Positions 14,085 to 27,250 of a stretch of 64,000 nt of DNA are shown here, one piece after another. The position numbers and the translations under genes were made by a program. Source of the stretch: Callorhinchus milii. Taxonomy: Eukaryota. The notes below the pieces were generated by a model. The model ran no database searches and had not been told where the DNA came from. It saw nothing but the letters and a program-made list of their open reading frames with translations. The DNA lies in assembly GCF_018977255.1 (NCBI RefSeq), contig NW_024704742.1, forward strand, positions 71,178,001-71,242,000. Direction: 5' to 3'. Each line of letters opens with the position of its first letter. Position 1 is the first letter of the stretch.

Positions 14085-14445
14085 AGTCCTGTTGAGTAGT
14101 GGTTAGAGCTCTCGCCTCACAAGCGAGAAGACTGGGGATTGATTCGCAGGCGAGGTGAAACCTTAGGCAAGTTTCCTTACTCCACATGCCTCTGTTTACC
14201 TAGCAGTAAGTAGAAACCCGGACGTTAGTCAATTGACGGATCGCTTTCTAGGGGTAAAAATGTCTTAAAATAAAAATGTGGTCACTCAATCCACAACTGT
14301 TTGTGGGACACTGCTGAGTGCAAATGGCTGCTGTTTTTCACCCATAAAATACAGTCAATTCACTTCACAGTATCCTGTGAAGCTCTTTGGGATGTCTCAA
14401 TGAGATGACAAGACGCTATATCAAATACAAGGATTATTATTATAA
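14085..14445 (+). mobile_element. tRNA-derived SINE, family A
   Basis: Full-length copy from ggagtcctgt to caaggattattat. Confidence 0.88.
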
Positions 14446-15267
14446 TCTTTGCCTTTGATACAGACCCTTTAACATGAAAACTCCTCAAATCGCTTTGCAA
14501 GAAATTGCTGTTTCGGTGTAGTGACTATGTATCTTCTGGGGAATGCGGCAGCCAAATTTGCACACAGCAAAGTCGAACAAACAGCCATGAAGCGAATGAT
14601 CAAAGCTGGGGATTGTTGGGCAGGACACCGGGTGAGAGAAAGTCCCTTCTCTTTTTGCCAATAGGTGTGGGATCGTTAACGTCCCCCTTAACGGGCATTG
14701 ACGGGACGCAGGGTTTAATGTCTCCGTTGAAGGACGGCACCTCTGACAGTAAGTGTTCTGACAGCCTGCACTGTGGAGCTCAAAGTCCTTAGTGTGGTGT
14801 TGGGATTCTGTTTGTTTCTCTCCTTGAAGCGGTGGCTGGTAGCAGTAACTGAGGCTGCCTGTGACTGAAGGTCATTAACAAGTGATTAATGCCACAGTCT
14901 GGTGGAGGGGGGTGGTGGGGGGAAAGGGCAAGAGGTCATTAAGAATCACTCGGGTGCACTGCCAATGAGCCAAGAGCAAAACCAAACAATCAATGTACAA
15001 ATCACTCAACTCCTTCTAGACAAGACATTAACATCAGCAAAAGACTCCCCCCCCCCCCCACACCCCACCACCACACACACACATACACACACGTGCGTGC
15101 ACACACACAGAGCACAGGCTGTAACTCCACATTGTCAGCCTGACTCAGTCACCAGCACTCTTGACTCTGAGTCAGTAGATTGTGGGTTCAAGCCTCACAT
15201 CGGACGCTTTGAGATCACAGTCCAGGCTGACGCTGTAGCGCAATGCTGGGGGGAGCACCGCCTTGTA

Positions 15268-15628
15268 GGGTCCCCGTAGAGTAGTGGTTAGCATACTCGC
15301 CTCATAAATGAGAGGACCTGGATATGATTCCCAGAGCGAAATCCTAGACAAGTTTCCTTACTCCATGCGCCTCTTTTTACCGAGCAGTAAGTAGGGACCC
15401 GATTGTTAGTCGATTGGCGGATCACTTTCCGGGGATCATTATCCCTCAAAAAAAATTGATCACTCAATCCACGACTCTTTGTGTGACACTGCTGTGTGCA
15501 ATTGGTTGCCGTGTTTTGCCTACAAAATACACAGTCACTCCACTTTACAATATATTCTGTGAAGTGCTTTGCGACATCTGAAAGACATAATAAGGAGTTA
15601 TATCAATTGCAAGGATTATTATTATTAA
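15268..15628 (+). mobile_element. tRNA-derived SINE, family A
   Basis: Same head, body and tail as the other family A copies. Confidence 0.88.
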
Positions 15629-15814
15629 TGTGTGTTGTTGGGTATCAGCTTCCCGTCTGGTCTGGTCCCAGCTTCTGGCTCAGATATCAGCTTGGCTCAG
15701 TCTCTCGCACTCTCTCATCTCTGTATCTGGGTTCGAGCTCCCCTCAGGGACTTTAATGTCACAGTCCAGGCTGACATTCCAACACGGTGTGACTGTGAGG
15801 ATCTTAAAGTCGAT

Positions 15815-16140
15815 CATTTCTGTGGAAGAGCCAGTGGAGGCTGGCAAGGGCTGGGGTGATGTGGGGTGAGTTTTGTGCGGGTGATTACGTGAGCAGCAGA
15901 GGGTTTGAAATACTTGGGTTTTATGAATGGTGGAGCTAGGAGACCGGCAAGGAGAGCATTGGAATAATCAAGGTGGGAGGTAACAAAGGCACAGACAAGG
16001 GCTTTGGTTGCATTGGGTGTGAGGTACGATCGGAGACGGCAAGGTGACGGAGGTGGAGAAAAGCGGACCTGGTCAGGGACTGAATGTGGGGCAGGAAGGA
16101 CAGCTGGGAGTCAAACCAATGCCAAAGTTACACATGGTCC
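15815..16140 (-). mobile_element. L2 LINE fragment (decayed)
   Basis: Similar to the other L2 copies (cagctgtccttcctgccccacatt on the minus strand). Confidence 0.65.
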
Positions 16141-17564
16141 TGTCAGAATAATGAAGGAAATACACAAATGTTAATCAGTGAATTGTTAAATGGAGCCTCA
16201 GAGCGTGCGTGTGTCAGAACGTGAGTGTGTCAGTTCAAATAATGCCGCAGGATCTTTAACATCCTCATAAACAGAGCGACACTGGGAAGGGAAAATGACT
16301 GGAAACGTTAGTGGAGATTTAGCTGGTTAGAATCCAGCGTTTACCCCCACGCACACTCTGTGGACCTTGGCTTTTGCCAACCTGCGCCTAATACTCTCCA
16401 GGATTAGGTAAACAGGGTGTGTCCCTCCAGGGAGAGTGTGCACATTCCATTCCAACAATCTGTATCTGGGATTTCCGTGTGTATGGGATGGATTGAATTC
16501 TCAGCTTGGTTTGGAGACTCTTAAGCATGGTGATGGGTTTCCACATGTGTCAGACACCCGGCTGACCAAAAATAATTCAGTTGTGAGGAGAGACGTGAGA
16601 AGTTGAGGCGTGCTCTCACTGGCATTGAGCAGGTTAAGGGGCAACCCGATCGAGGTGGCCAGAGTGACGAAGGGTCATCAGGGGTAAAATAAACTGATCA
16701 GCCCGGAAACATGTATATCCCACATGAACCTCCAGACCTGTCTCCTTCAACTCGCTGTTCCCTTTTTCCTCATATAACTCACTCACGGGATCTGATATTC
16801 TATATACACCCCCCACTCCAAACCCCCAAACCCCTGGATTAGGCTTAGCCTGTAACTCAGCCTGGACCCTGTGTTCTGCAGTTTCTGGTGAGAGATTTGC
16901 GGGGCAGTGGAAGGCAAGACAGGCAGTTGTAACAATGTGGTGACACATGACAGAGGCTGACATCAGACACACATATCATGGGTCTGTTTAGAGGCCGGCT
17001 CCTTTACACGGTGTGGCCTTGTGTCTCGGATCCCCCCACCTCCTCGTAATGACACAAGCCCCAACTCCCTCCCTCCACTCCTTTGAGTGAGGTAACAGCT
17101 GGAGTGAAAGCAGATCCCTCTGTGAACTGACCCTCAGTCTCCGGGTCTTGTGTAAGTAGGAAAAAGTCACGTCTGAGAATGAAACCCGAGCCCCTGCCCA
17201 TAGGGAGGCTGCCCCCCCACCCGGCTTGTTCAGAGGACAAGGGTCCGCAGGTCGGGGGCAGGTGTCAGGGGTCATTGCCACTCTGGGTTCATGGTTAAGT
17301 GACGGGACTGTGGCATGCCAACAACAACAACAAATTACATTTGTATTGCACCTTTCACATCGGGAGGACATCCCAAGGCACTGGACAATCAGGGATTTGG
17401 ACCTGAGTTGGGGATTGGGATTAGGAGGGGTGAAGGGTGGGTGTAGGCTGGAGCTCAGGCTGAGCTAGTGCCTGGGACTCCACCCGTCCGGATTCATGTG
17501 GGACACACAGGGTGGAAGGGAAGGACGGGGAGGATGGGGGTGGGGTTGGGGAAGCTGGTCAAGT

Positions 17565-17975
17565 GGAGTGTTATAGTTTAGTGATTAGAGCATTCACTTC
17601 GCAAGCAAGAGAACCTGGGTTTGATTCCTGGATGGGGCGAAACTTTAGACAGGTTTCCTTACTCTGCACACCTCTGTTTACCCAGCAGTAAGTAGGAACC
17701 CAGTTGTTAGTCCAGAGTAAGCTGATTGGCAGATCACTTTTCTGGTGGTAATAATCCTGTCAAAATGTTTTTAAAACAATAATAAAAATTTGGTCACTCA
17801 ATCCAAGACTGTTTGTGGGACGCTGCTGTGCGTAATTGGCTGCCCTGTTTTGCCCACAAAATATATAGTCAATTCACTTTACAGTATATTCTGTGAAGCG
17901 CTTTGAGATGTCTCAAAGATGTGATAAGGCACTATATCAAATGCAAGGATTATTATTATTTATTATTATTATTAT
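17565..17975 (+). mobile_element. tRNA-derived SINE, family A
   Basis: Same head, body and tail as the other family A copies. Confidence 0.88.
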
Positions 17976-18079
17976 TCAGCGAAGAGCTCGATAATCACAA
18001 TGGTTGGGATTGGTCCACACTGTGGATATGAAAAAAGTGCGGTCATCAGGGCATTATGTGCGTGCATGTATGTGTGTCT

Positions 18080-18410
18080 CTGTCTCCTTCCCTCCCCGAT
18101 TCCCCTCTCCCTCCCCCTCTCCCTCGCTCTCCTTCTCTCTCTCACCCTCCCTTTCTCAACCCCTCCCTCCCTCTCCCCTCTCTCATCATCCTCCCTTTCT
18201 CCACCCCTCCCTCCCTCTCCCCTCTCTCACTCCCCACTCTCCTCCTTTTCCCTCATCCTCCCTGTCTTTTCCCTCCCTCCCTCTCTAACCCTCTCCCTCT
18301 TCCTCATTCTCCCTCCCTCTCTCAGCCATCCTTTTTTCTCTCTTCCTCCCTTCCTCACCCCTCCCTCCCCACTCCCTCCTTCTCTAACACCTCCCTCCCT
18401 CTCGCACTCG
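18080..18410. repeat. Polypyrimidine (CCT/CT) tract
   Basis: Almost purine-free for ~330 bp. Confidence 0.92.
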
Positions 18411-19723
18411 GTGCAGTTGCTCAGGAATTTCCAGCAGTAATTGGAACGAGATTTTATATCGAGAGGATCAGAGAGACCATCAAACACCTGTTGCCTCCAC
18501 CAGTGACAGAGCCATGAGGCCAACAGGTTCAGGAACAGGAGAGATTGTTATCCCGTCACTCACCAAACGTCTGTGTGTGAGGGGGAAGGAATAGGCTAGA
18601 ATTCAACACCCCCCCTCCCATAGGCCATTTTAGCCCTTCACGTATTTTCCCCATCGTGTCTGTGCTGGTGCTCGCTCCCCCCACTGGAGCTTTCTAGACT
18701 CATCCCATTCCCTGTTCTTTCCCCATCATGTCTGTGCTGGTGCTCACTACTCCTCTGGAGCTCTCTACTCTAATCCCCTTCCCTGCTCCTGGAAAAGAGA
18801 AGGGAGTTTCTCTCTCCTGGTGTCCAGATAAACGTGGTCATTCACTACATGGCTGTTTGCGGAATGTGGCTGTGTGCAAATTGGCTATGGCATTTGCCTA
18901 CAAAATACACAGTCACTACACTTGATAGCAACTCTCTTTGAGATGTTTTGAGGTTAATGCGATGCTGTATCAAACTGTTTTTAGTGTCAGAGTACCTCAC
19001 AACAACAACTTACATTGTGCATCATGTAGGACAATGTCTTGGAGTTTTGCACAGTGAAGGGGTTGGACACCAAGCAAGGGAGGAGGGAGAGGTGAACAAA
19101 GGCACATTTGAAGAGATAGAATTTAAGGCATTAAGGATTGAAAGACAAATAGAGAGGGTATGAGTTGATAGGGTAGAGGCAGGGATTTTCCAAAACTGAT
19201 TGTATAGTTAGTTAATAAGATGGGGCCAGACAGTAACCTGAGGTTAGTGACTGGAGTCCGTGTCTAACTCCAACTCCGTGACAATGTCAAAGTGAAGCAG
19301 GATTGAAGTTCAGGTTTCTGTGACCTTCACAGGAACCTGATAGGCAGGCAGATTTGCTGGTGTTTTACTTACTCCTGGAGCAGATTTACAAACACAATAA
19401 GAGAGGTCACTGTCCCGGGAACTAATTAAAACTCACTCAGTCACAAGCACAGAGCTTGACCTAAACTTATCCCCAAAGCGGAGTGCGTTTCACCTCCTCA
19501 AACATCCCCGCACCACGCCCTCCCCCACCCGCTCCCTCGCCCCACCACTCCCTCGTTTGCTCGGTGGGTTGGGGGGGAGATTAACTTTTAGTTTTAAAAA
19601 ATAGATTTTAAATAGTGTAGATGCCTTGAAGAGGAAGCTAGACCTTCACATAATGGAGAGGGGTATAGAAAGGTATGGGAGGAAGTAACAACAACAACAA
19701 CTTGAAATTATATAACGCTTTTG

Positions 19724-20030
19724 TGGAGTCCTGTAGCTCAGTGGTTAGAGCACTTGTCTTGCAAGTGAGATACCTGGGATCAATTCCAAACAGGGTGAAA
19801 CCTTGGGCAAGCTTCCTTACTCCACACGCCTAATAATAATCCCTCCAAAAAACAAAACAACAATAAATTGGTCATTTTCAATCCACGACTGTTTGTGGGA
19901 CATTGCTGTGCGCAATTGGCTGCCGCGTTCGCCCACAATTAACAGTTAATTCACTTTACAGTCTATTCTGTGAAGCGCTTTGAGACATCTAGAAGATGTG
20001 AAAAGCGCTATATCAAATGCAAGGATTATA
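19724..20030 (+). mobile_element. tRNA-derived SINE, family A, internally shortened variant
   Basis: Lacks the tctgtttacctagcagtaagtagg block; the same variant occurs at 33460-33772 (-). Confidence 0.88.
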
Positions 20031-20489
20031 TATAATGCACCTCATGCAGGGTAGTGTCCCAGAGCGTAAGTGAGAGGGCCCGGGTTTGATTCCCGGCCAG
20101 GGCGAAATCTTAGGCAAGTTTCCTTACTCCACACATTTCTGTTTACCAAGCAGTAAGTAGGAACCTGGTTGTTAGTCCAGAGTAAGTCGGTGAAAACCTG
20201 TGTGGAGTATAAACACCAGCACAGACTGGTTGTGCAGAGTGGCTGTACATTCTTTGTAAATCTTTAAGGGGGGATTTTGAAAGACAGCACATGGTGGGGG
20301 GCACGGACATGCACTCCCCATATGGGAGCATTCCACGGGTGATGACCGTCGTGAGAGGTCTCTGACTGAACATTGCTACCGAAACTCCTTTCATTATTGT
20401 GCTGTGAATCCTCAGTTCCCTGTCTCACTGATCAATTAAATACACGACTTCTGTTCACCATCACCAAACAACACGTGGGGAAGTGTTTC

Positions 20490-20732
20490 TCCCTGGCTCA
20501 GTGGTAGCACTCTCGCCTCTGAGTTAGAAAGTTGTGGGTTCAAGCCACCACTTTGGGACTTGGAATCATATAGTCTAAGCTGACACTCCAGTGTAGTGTT
20601 GGGGGTGTTGCATTGTCGGAGGTGCCGGCCTTCAGATGAGATGCTAAAAGGAAGTCTTGTCTGTTTCTGTTCAGGTGGACGTTAAACATCCTGTGGCACT
20701 GTTCGAAAAAAGAAGGGAGTTTCTCTCTCCGG
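20490..20732 (+). mobile_element. tRNA-derived Deu-domain SINE, family B (SacSINE1-like); continues at 22222-22427
   Basis: Head ctggctcagtggtagcactctcgcctctgag..gggttcaagcc; Deu-type core caggtggacgttaaa.atcc..tggcact.ttcgaa. Other copies at ~3820-3990(-), 7140-7490(-), 13738-13995(+), 14450-14790(-), 28310-28730(-), 31710-32170(+). Confidence 0.82.
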
Positions 20733-20734
20733 TA

Positions 20735-22221
20735 TCAAGCTACCGGCCCATCTCCAACCTCCCCTTCCTGTCTAAGGTCCTGGAACAAGTTGTCGCCTCC
20801 CAGCTGCGCTCTTTCCTCTCCACCCATTCATTATTCAAACCCCTTCAGTCGGGTTTCCGTGCCGCCCATAGCACAGAAACTGCCCTGGTCAAGGTCACCA
20901 ATGACATCCTGACCATCTGTGACCAGGGATCCCTCTGCCTCCTCGTCCTCCTCGACCTATCGGCAGCATTCGATACGGTCGACCATGCTATCCTCCTCCA
21001 CTGCTTGTCCTCCCACCTAAACCTTCAAGGCTCTGTCCTTGAGTGGTTTAGGTCGTACCTCTCCCACCGTCTTCACTTTGTTTCCACGAATGGTTTTTCC
21101 TCAGACCCCCGCACTGTCTCGTGCGGTGACCCTCAGGGCTCTGTCCTCGGTCCCCTCCTCTTCACCCTCTATGTGCTCCCCCTGTGGTGACATCATCCGC
21201 AGACATGGGGTTAACTTCCACATGTATACAGATGACACCCAACTCTACCTTTCCTCCTCTACTCTCAACTCCATGACCCCCGATGTCCTGACAGACTGCC
21301 TGTCCGACATCGAGTCCTGGACGAGACAACTTTCTTCAGCTCAACGTGCGCAAAACTGAGGCCCTCCTGATTGGCTCACGTCAGCGCCTCCGCACCTCAG
21401 GCGCCGACACCATCAGCATCCAAGGCTGCACTCTCCACCTCTCAAAGCCATCAGGAACCTCGGGGTTCTGTTCGACCCTGAGTTGTCCTTTCTCCCTCAT
21501 ATCCGCACCACAGCTGGCACCGCCTTCCATCACCTCCGGAACATCGCCAGACTACGGCACTACCTCACCCCTCACGCGGCTGAAACTCTGGTCCACGCCT
21601 TTATCACCTCAAGGCTGGACTATGGGAACTCTCTCCTCGCCGGCCATCCCAGCACCTCCCTCCACACTGCAGGTCATTCAGACCTCTGCAGCTCATGTAC
21701 TGTCCCGCACCAGACACCGTGACCACATCACTCCCACCCTCGCTCGCCTCCACTGGCTCCCCATCCCCCAGAGGATCGAATTCAAGATCCTCATCCTCAC
21801 CTACAAGGCCATTCACGGCCTTGCTCCCTCCTACCTCTCTGACCTACTATCCCCCTACCTACCTGCCCGTACCCTCCGTTCCTCTGGCTCCGGTCTGCTC
21901 CACATCCCCCGCCCCAACCGCCCTACCATCGGTGGCCGGGCCTTCAGCCTCTCAGCCCCGAGGCTCTGGAACTCTATCCCCCAGTGCCTTCGCCACCTTC
22001 TCCCTTTCCTCCTTCAAGGCCGGTCTCAAGACCTTTCTCTTTGACCGAGCCTTCAGCTCTCCTCTCGACTCTCTACCCCCTCCTCACTCCCTCCCTTCCC
22101 TCCCCTCACCCTGACCATTTCCCCCCTCCTCGGGTCCTGACCCAACTGTCCAGTGCCTTGGGACGTCCTCCCGACGTGAAAGGCGCTCTATAAATGCAAT
22201 CTTGTTGTTGTTGTTGTTGTT
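20735..22221 (+). mobile_element. Young 5'-truncated L2 LINE inserted within a SINE
   Basis: [61 protein letters not shown]; (ttg)n tail; SINE sequence resumes at 22222. Confidence 0.95.
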
Positions 22222-22649
22222 GACCGACAATCCCCAAAATAAAATCCCCCAAATAAAATTGGTCACTTACTCCATGGCTGTTTGTGGGACACTGTTGTGC
22301 GCAATTGGCTGCTGCATTTCATCCACAAAATACACTGTCAGTCCACTTTATAGTACATCCTGTGAAGCGCTTTGCGACGTCTCGATGACATGACAAGGCA
22401 CAATATCAAATGCAAGGATTATTATTAAACCATTCATGATTCAGAAAACCTCCGCTCCAACCAAACACCCTCAAGACACTACCCCGTGTGGAGGGCACTA
22501 TATTATTGTTGAACTTTTCAAGTGTCTGCAAAAATAACCATTCATCCCTGGTATCATCTGGAATATAATAATACTCGTGTTTCATATAGTAGCCCCTGGG
22601 TGTATTATCGAGAATAGCAGCCGCTGCAGGTGTATTATAATAATAATAT

Positions 22650-23030
22650 AATAATACCCCTTTCATTTGATATAGGGTCTTTTCACATCTTCGAGATGTC
22701 TCAAACTGTTTCACAGAATATACTGTAAAATGAATTGACTGTATATTTTGTGGGCGAAATGCAGCCGCCAATTGCACACAGCAATGTCCCGAAAGTCATG
22801 GATTCAGTGATCAAATTATTATTACTGTATTTTCTTTTACAATTATTTTTGAAGGGATTATTACCCTCAGAAAAATCATCCACCAATCGACTAACAACCG
22901 GGTTCCCACTCACTGCTAGGTAAACAGAGGTGTGTGGAGTAAGGAAACTTCTCCAACATTTCCCACTGCCCAGGATTCAAACCCAGGTTCTCTCGCTTGT
23001 GAGGCGAGTGCTCTAACAGCCGCAGGACTC
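22650..23030 (-). mobile_element. tRNA-derived SINE, family A
   Basis: Reverse-complement full copy. Confidence 0.85.
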
Positions 23031-25909
23031 CAGAGATTATAGAGTAGCAGCCCCCGTGGGTGTATTGTAGAATAGCAGCCTCTGTGTGTGTATTATACAG
23101 ATTTACAGTGACAATAGTTAAAGTGTAGTGACTGTTTATTTTGCAGACAAATCTGGGGGTCCATTTGCACACAGCAATGTCCCACAAATAGCCATGAAAT
23201 GAGTGACAAATTTCATTTGGTGATCAGGACACTGGAAGAGAGAAACTCCCTTCTGTTTTCGAATAGCACCGCAGGATCTTTAACGTCCACCTGAGCAGGC
23301 ACAGACGGGAGCTCGGTTTAAGGCCTCCGACAATCCAGTGCTCTCAAGTGCGAGGCAAGATCTCTAAGCTCTGCGCTACGGAACTCCACAAGCGCTCGAA
23401 GATGCTGCCCCGCATGAAGGGCGCTGTGTAAATGCAAGTTGTTGTTGGATATTTCAAGAATTTCAACCTAAGTTTATCATTTTCTAAGGCAACACACAAT
23501 GTTTTGCAGGCTGAGATTGGCTGGAATTTCAGACCTGTGATTCGCTGCCAGCTTTTGGGTTGTTCTCTTAAACGTTGTTGCGTACACCTTCGGGGAGTCT
23601 AAACTTTGACCTTTGTTGGGTGGATGATACTAGAAGCAGTCTCAGACCCTCTCCTCCCACCCCTCTCTGCTTAAAGAGAGGTCAGAGATCAGGCACTGCG
23701 GAAGGGTTTTGATGTCTGATTTCTTTGCCTATTTTATTGGTTGAGGACCTGAAGGTGTACTGGTCGTATCTTAACCCTTAGAATGCAGAACGGGAGGTGG
23801 TGGTGGGGAGCAGGAGAGAGGCGATTCCGACGAGGACTACCCTCCCCATTGGGGCTTTGGCTTGCAGGGTTAACAGGAGCTGAGTGGGATGACTCCCTGC
23901 CCCCAGTGAAGAGTCTGTGCTTCCAGGTCCTGCCGATGAGCTGGGCTGTGCTGTCATCAGCAGTGCCCTGGAATACTGCGGACCTGCCTGACTCAGGAAC
24001 CGGACTGGAGACCGTCACAGAGGGCGGGCTCGATTCCCACATTCTGTTGTCAAACATGTCACTTTAGAGCCAGTTCAGCTCTGAGGTGACCCCGTTCCCA
24101 TCCTGCACCGTTATAGCCAACACTGTGATGTAGTGCTGATCAGCCTAGAGTGTGAGTTGCCTGTTATATTCATTCACTGCACTTATCACAGAGAAACCTT
24201 AGGCAAGTTTCCTTACTTCACATGCCTCTGTTTACCCAGCAGTAAGTAGGAACCTGATTGTTAGTCAATTGGCGGATCGCTTTTCCAGGGGTAATAATCT
24301 CTTCCAAAATAATAATAATAATTTGGTCATCTAATCCATGTCTGTTTGTGAGGCACTGCTGTGGGAATTAGTTTCTGCATTTTGCCCATAAAATATAGTC
24401 AATTCACTTTACAATATACCCTGTGAAGCCTTTTGAGACATCTCAAAGATGTGATAAGGCACTATATCAAATGCAAGGATTATTATTATTATGATTATTT
24501 TTATTACTATCTCCATCTGGAGGTGGGAAAGATATTGAGCCTAGACTGGGGGAATCTCCCCAGGTTGATGTCTCTGCTCCCTACACCCCCCACCCCCCAA
24601 CCCCCCACTTTATGTATTCTTCTCTTTATGACTTTTGCTTGCCTTTGACCCATCATCAGGGTCTCTCTCAGTCAAAGCAAACCCTTGTTACTCAGAGCCC
24701 TCCACGCTGACCTGTTTACACAGCCAGCAGGCTCCCCGCAGAGCTCAGCTCAGCACATAGCACTTAACACCAACATGGGAAGGGTCATAAACAGAGGGCT
24801 GAGCTAAACGGGTGATAGGGCAAGAGAGAAGAGACCAGGGTCACTGGTTGCCCTTTGACTCTCATCACCGCCCTTCCCCCTGTCACCCCCCCCCCTCCAC
24901 ACTTGCCATCGCTTCCCCAGCGAAGGCTGTGTGCAATAAATCGCTGGAATATTGCAGACATCAGTCACCTGTGAGACTCAGGCTTCCACACACGCTTCCA
25001 CTCACACACACATACATATGCGAACACACACACATGCACGTACGCCACACACACATGGACCACACACCACATACAAAATACACACACAAGCACACTCACA
25101 CGCATGCCCATTCACACATAATAATCCGTGCATTTGGATACAGCGCCGTGTCACATCATCTAGATGTCTACAGGCGCTTCACATGATTTTATTGTGAAGT
25201 GTAGGGATTGTGTCTCCATTAGCAAACTCCGCAGCTAACATGCGCACAACACGAGCTGTGACATGGGGCCGGAACCCGAGACCTTCAAACCCCGAGGTAA
25301 GAGCCTGAACTACTAACACCATTGCCCGTGCATCAGACACTCACACTCTTGCCTTAGTCAGAGGGTTCAATCCCCAAGTCATTGAACTCACAGTCCAGGC
25401 TGATGCTCCAATACAGTGCTGGAGGGAGCGCTGCATAGTTGACAGGCACCATCCTTCAGATGATACATTAAACCAAGCTGTCCGTGCCCTGTACAGGTGC
25501 CCTGTTAAAGATTCCGCAGTGCTATTGGAAAAGAGAAGGGAGTTTCTATCTCCCAGTGTCCTGGCCAACAATCCCCAGATAAAATAGTACACTCACTTCA
25601 TGATTGTTTTCGGGAAGTCGCTGTGCGCAAATTGGCTGCCACATTCGCCTACAAAATACACAGTTGTTACACTTAAAAGTAATTTCTGTGAAGTGCTTTG
25701 AGACGTCCTTCCAATATGAAAGGCGCTGTGTAAATGTAATGTTTATGATTATTATTCGTCTGACACTCTTCAGGGCCTTGAACGGTCTGCGTGGGGTCAG
25801 CTAACCACCATACTTTGATTTCATTAATTGGTCTCTCTCTTGCTCTCCTCTGCCTGGGCGATGGCCTGAGCTGAGTTGTGGTGTGTGGGTTTTGCGATTG
25901 GCCTGCATT

Positions 25910-26165
25910 TAAATTCAAAACAAATCTGCGGAAAACACTACTTCAGTGAGCGAGTAATAAATGCATGGAACAGGCTGCCTAGGGAGACAGTGGAAGCAGA
26001 AAGTGCTGATTCTGTCAAGAACAAATTAGATAGATTTCTGTTAGGAAATAATATCTCGAGATATAGTATATAGTTTGGGACACGACACATACATACGACT
26101 GCCAGGATGGTGGAAGGAGAACTGGATAGACCGTGGTTTTCTTTCGTCTAGCAATTCTTATGTTC
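25910..26165 (+). mobile_element. CR1 LINE 3' end
   Basis: KHYFSERVINAWNRLP..VEAES...KNKLDRFL. Confidence 0.85.
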
Positions 26166-26504
26166 TTTGAGGAAAGGCTTGAGGGGAAACGAAGGGGAGT
26201 GTTTGCCGTTTAATAATCGCTGCACGCAGGCCGGCAGAGGGAGTCCCGGGGACGCGTGGAGTCTGTGGCAGGGAAAGCCGTCCTCGGTTTACCCACCTGA
26301 CTGTCTGGGCGAGGGGTGAAATTGGTGTGATGAATGTGGGGACAGCCGTGCTCACTGAGGGAAAGCACAATCTGCCTGTGAGCCATCAATCATCCGCACT
26401 CTGTCACTGCAAATGGTGGAACAATCGAGCCGCTACCTCAAATTGACTACCAATTATACAAGTGTGAATAAAAGAGGGCCGGGGCATGACGGATCAGAAA
26501 CAAC

Positions 26505-27250
26505 CTCACTCTCGCTCTATTGCTCTCGATCTCACAATCTCTCTCACACTTTCTCTCTCATACTTTCTCTCTCGCACTCTCTCTCACACTCTCTCTTACA
26601 TTCTTACTCACATTCTCACTCTCTCATACTCTCACTCTCACTCTCTCCGACTCTCTCACATGCACTCCCTCTCACACTCTTTCTCGATCACACTCCCTTA
26701 CTCTCTCACATTCTTTCTCTTGTGCACTTTCTCATATTCACTCTTATATTCTCTGTCTCTCTCATTCTCTCTCTTTCTTACATTTTCCCTCTTGCACTCT
26801 CTCTCACACACTCTTGTTCTTTCTCTCACACTGTTGCTCTTGCACTCTCTCCATATTCTCATTCTCTATTTGTTCCTTGCTCTATCTCTCACATTTTCTC
26901 TCTTGCTGTCTATTTTTGCGTTGTTTTGCTCTTGTTTTCTCTCTATCGCTTTCACACTCTCTCTCATTCTCTGTCTCTTTTGCTCTCACTTTCGCTATAT
27001 CTGTTTTGCTCATCTCTTTCTCTCGATTGCTTTTTCTCATTCTATCTCTCTCACACTATCACATACTCTCTTTTCCCCACTCACATTCTCTCTCTCACAC
27101 ACTTTCTCTATCTCTTTCTCACTTTCCCTAAATCTGTCACTGTTGCTCTCATTCTCTCTCTCTCTCTCTCTCTCTCGCTTTCTATCTCTCCTTCATTCAT
27201 TCTCTGTCATTCGCTCTCTCACTAGCTCTCTTTCTTTCTTACTTTCTTCA
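26505..27250. repeat. CT/CA low-complexity tract
   Basis: Degenerate ctctca repeats. Confidence 0.9.

Noticed and set aside
20657..22114. Reverse-transcriptase ORFs as functional genes
   Set aside because: Frameshifted, 5'-truncated L2 copies
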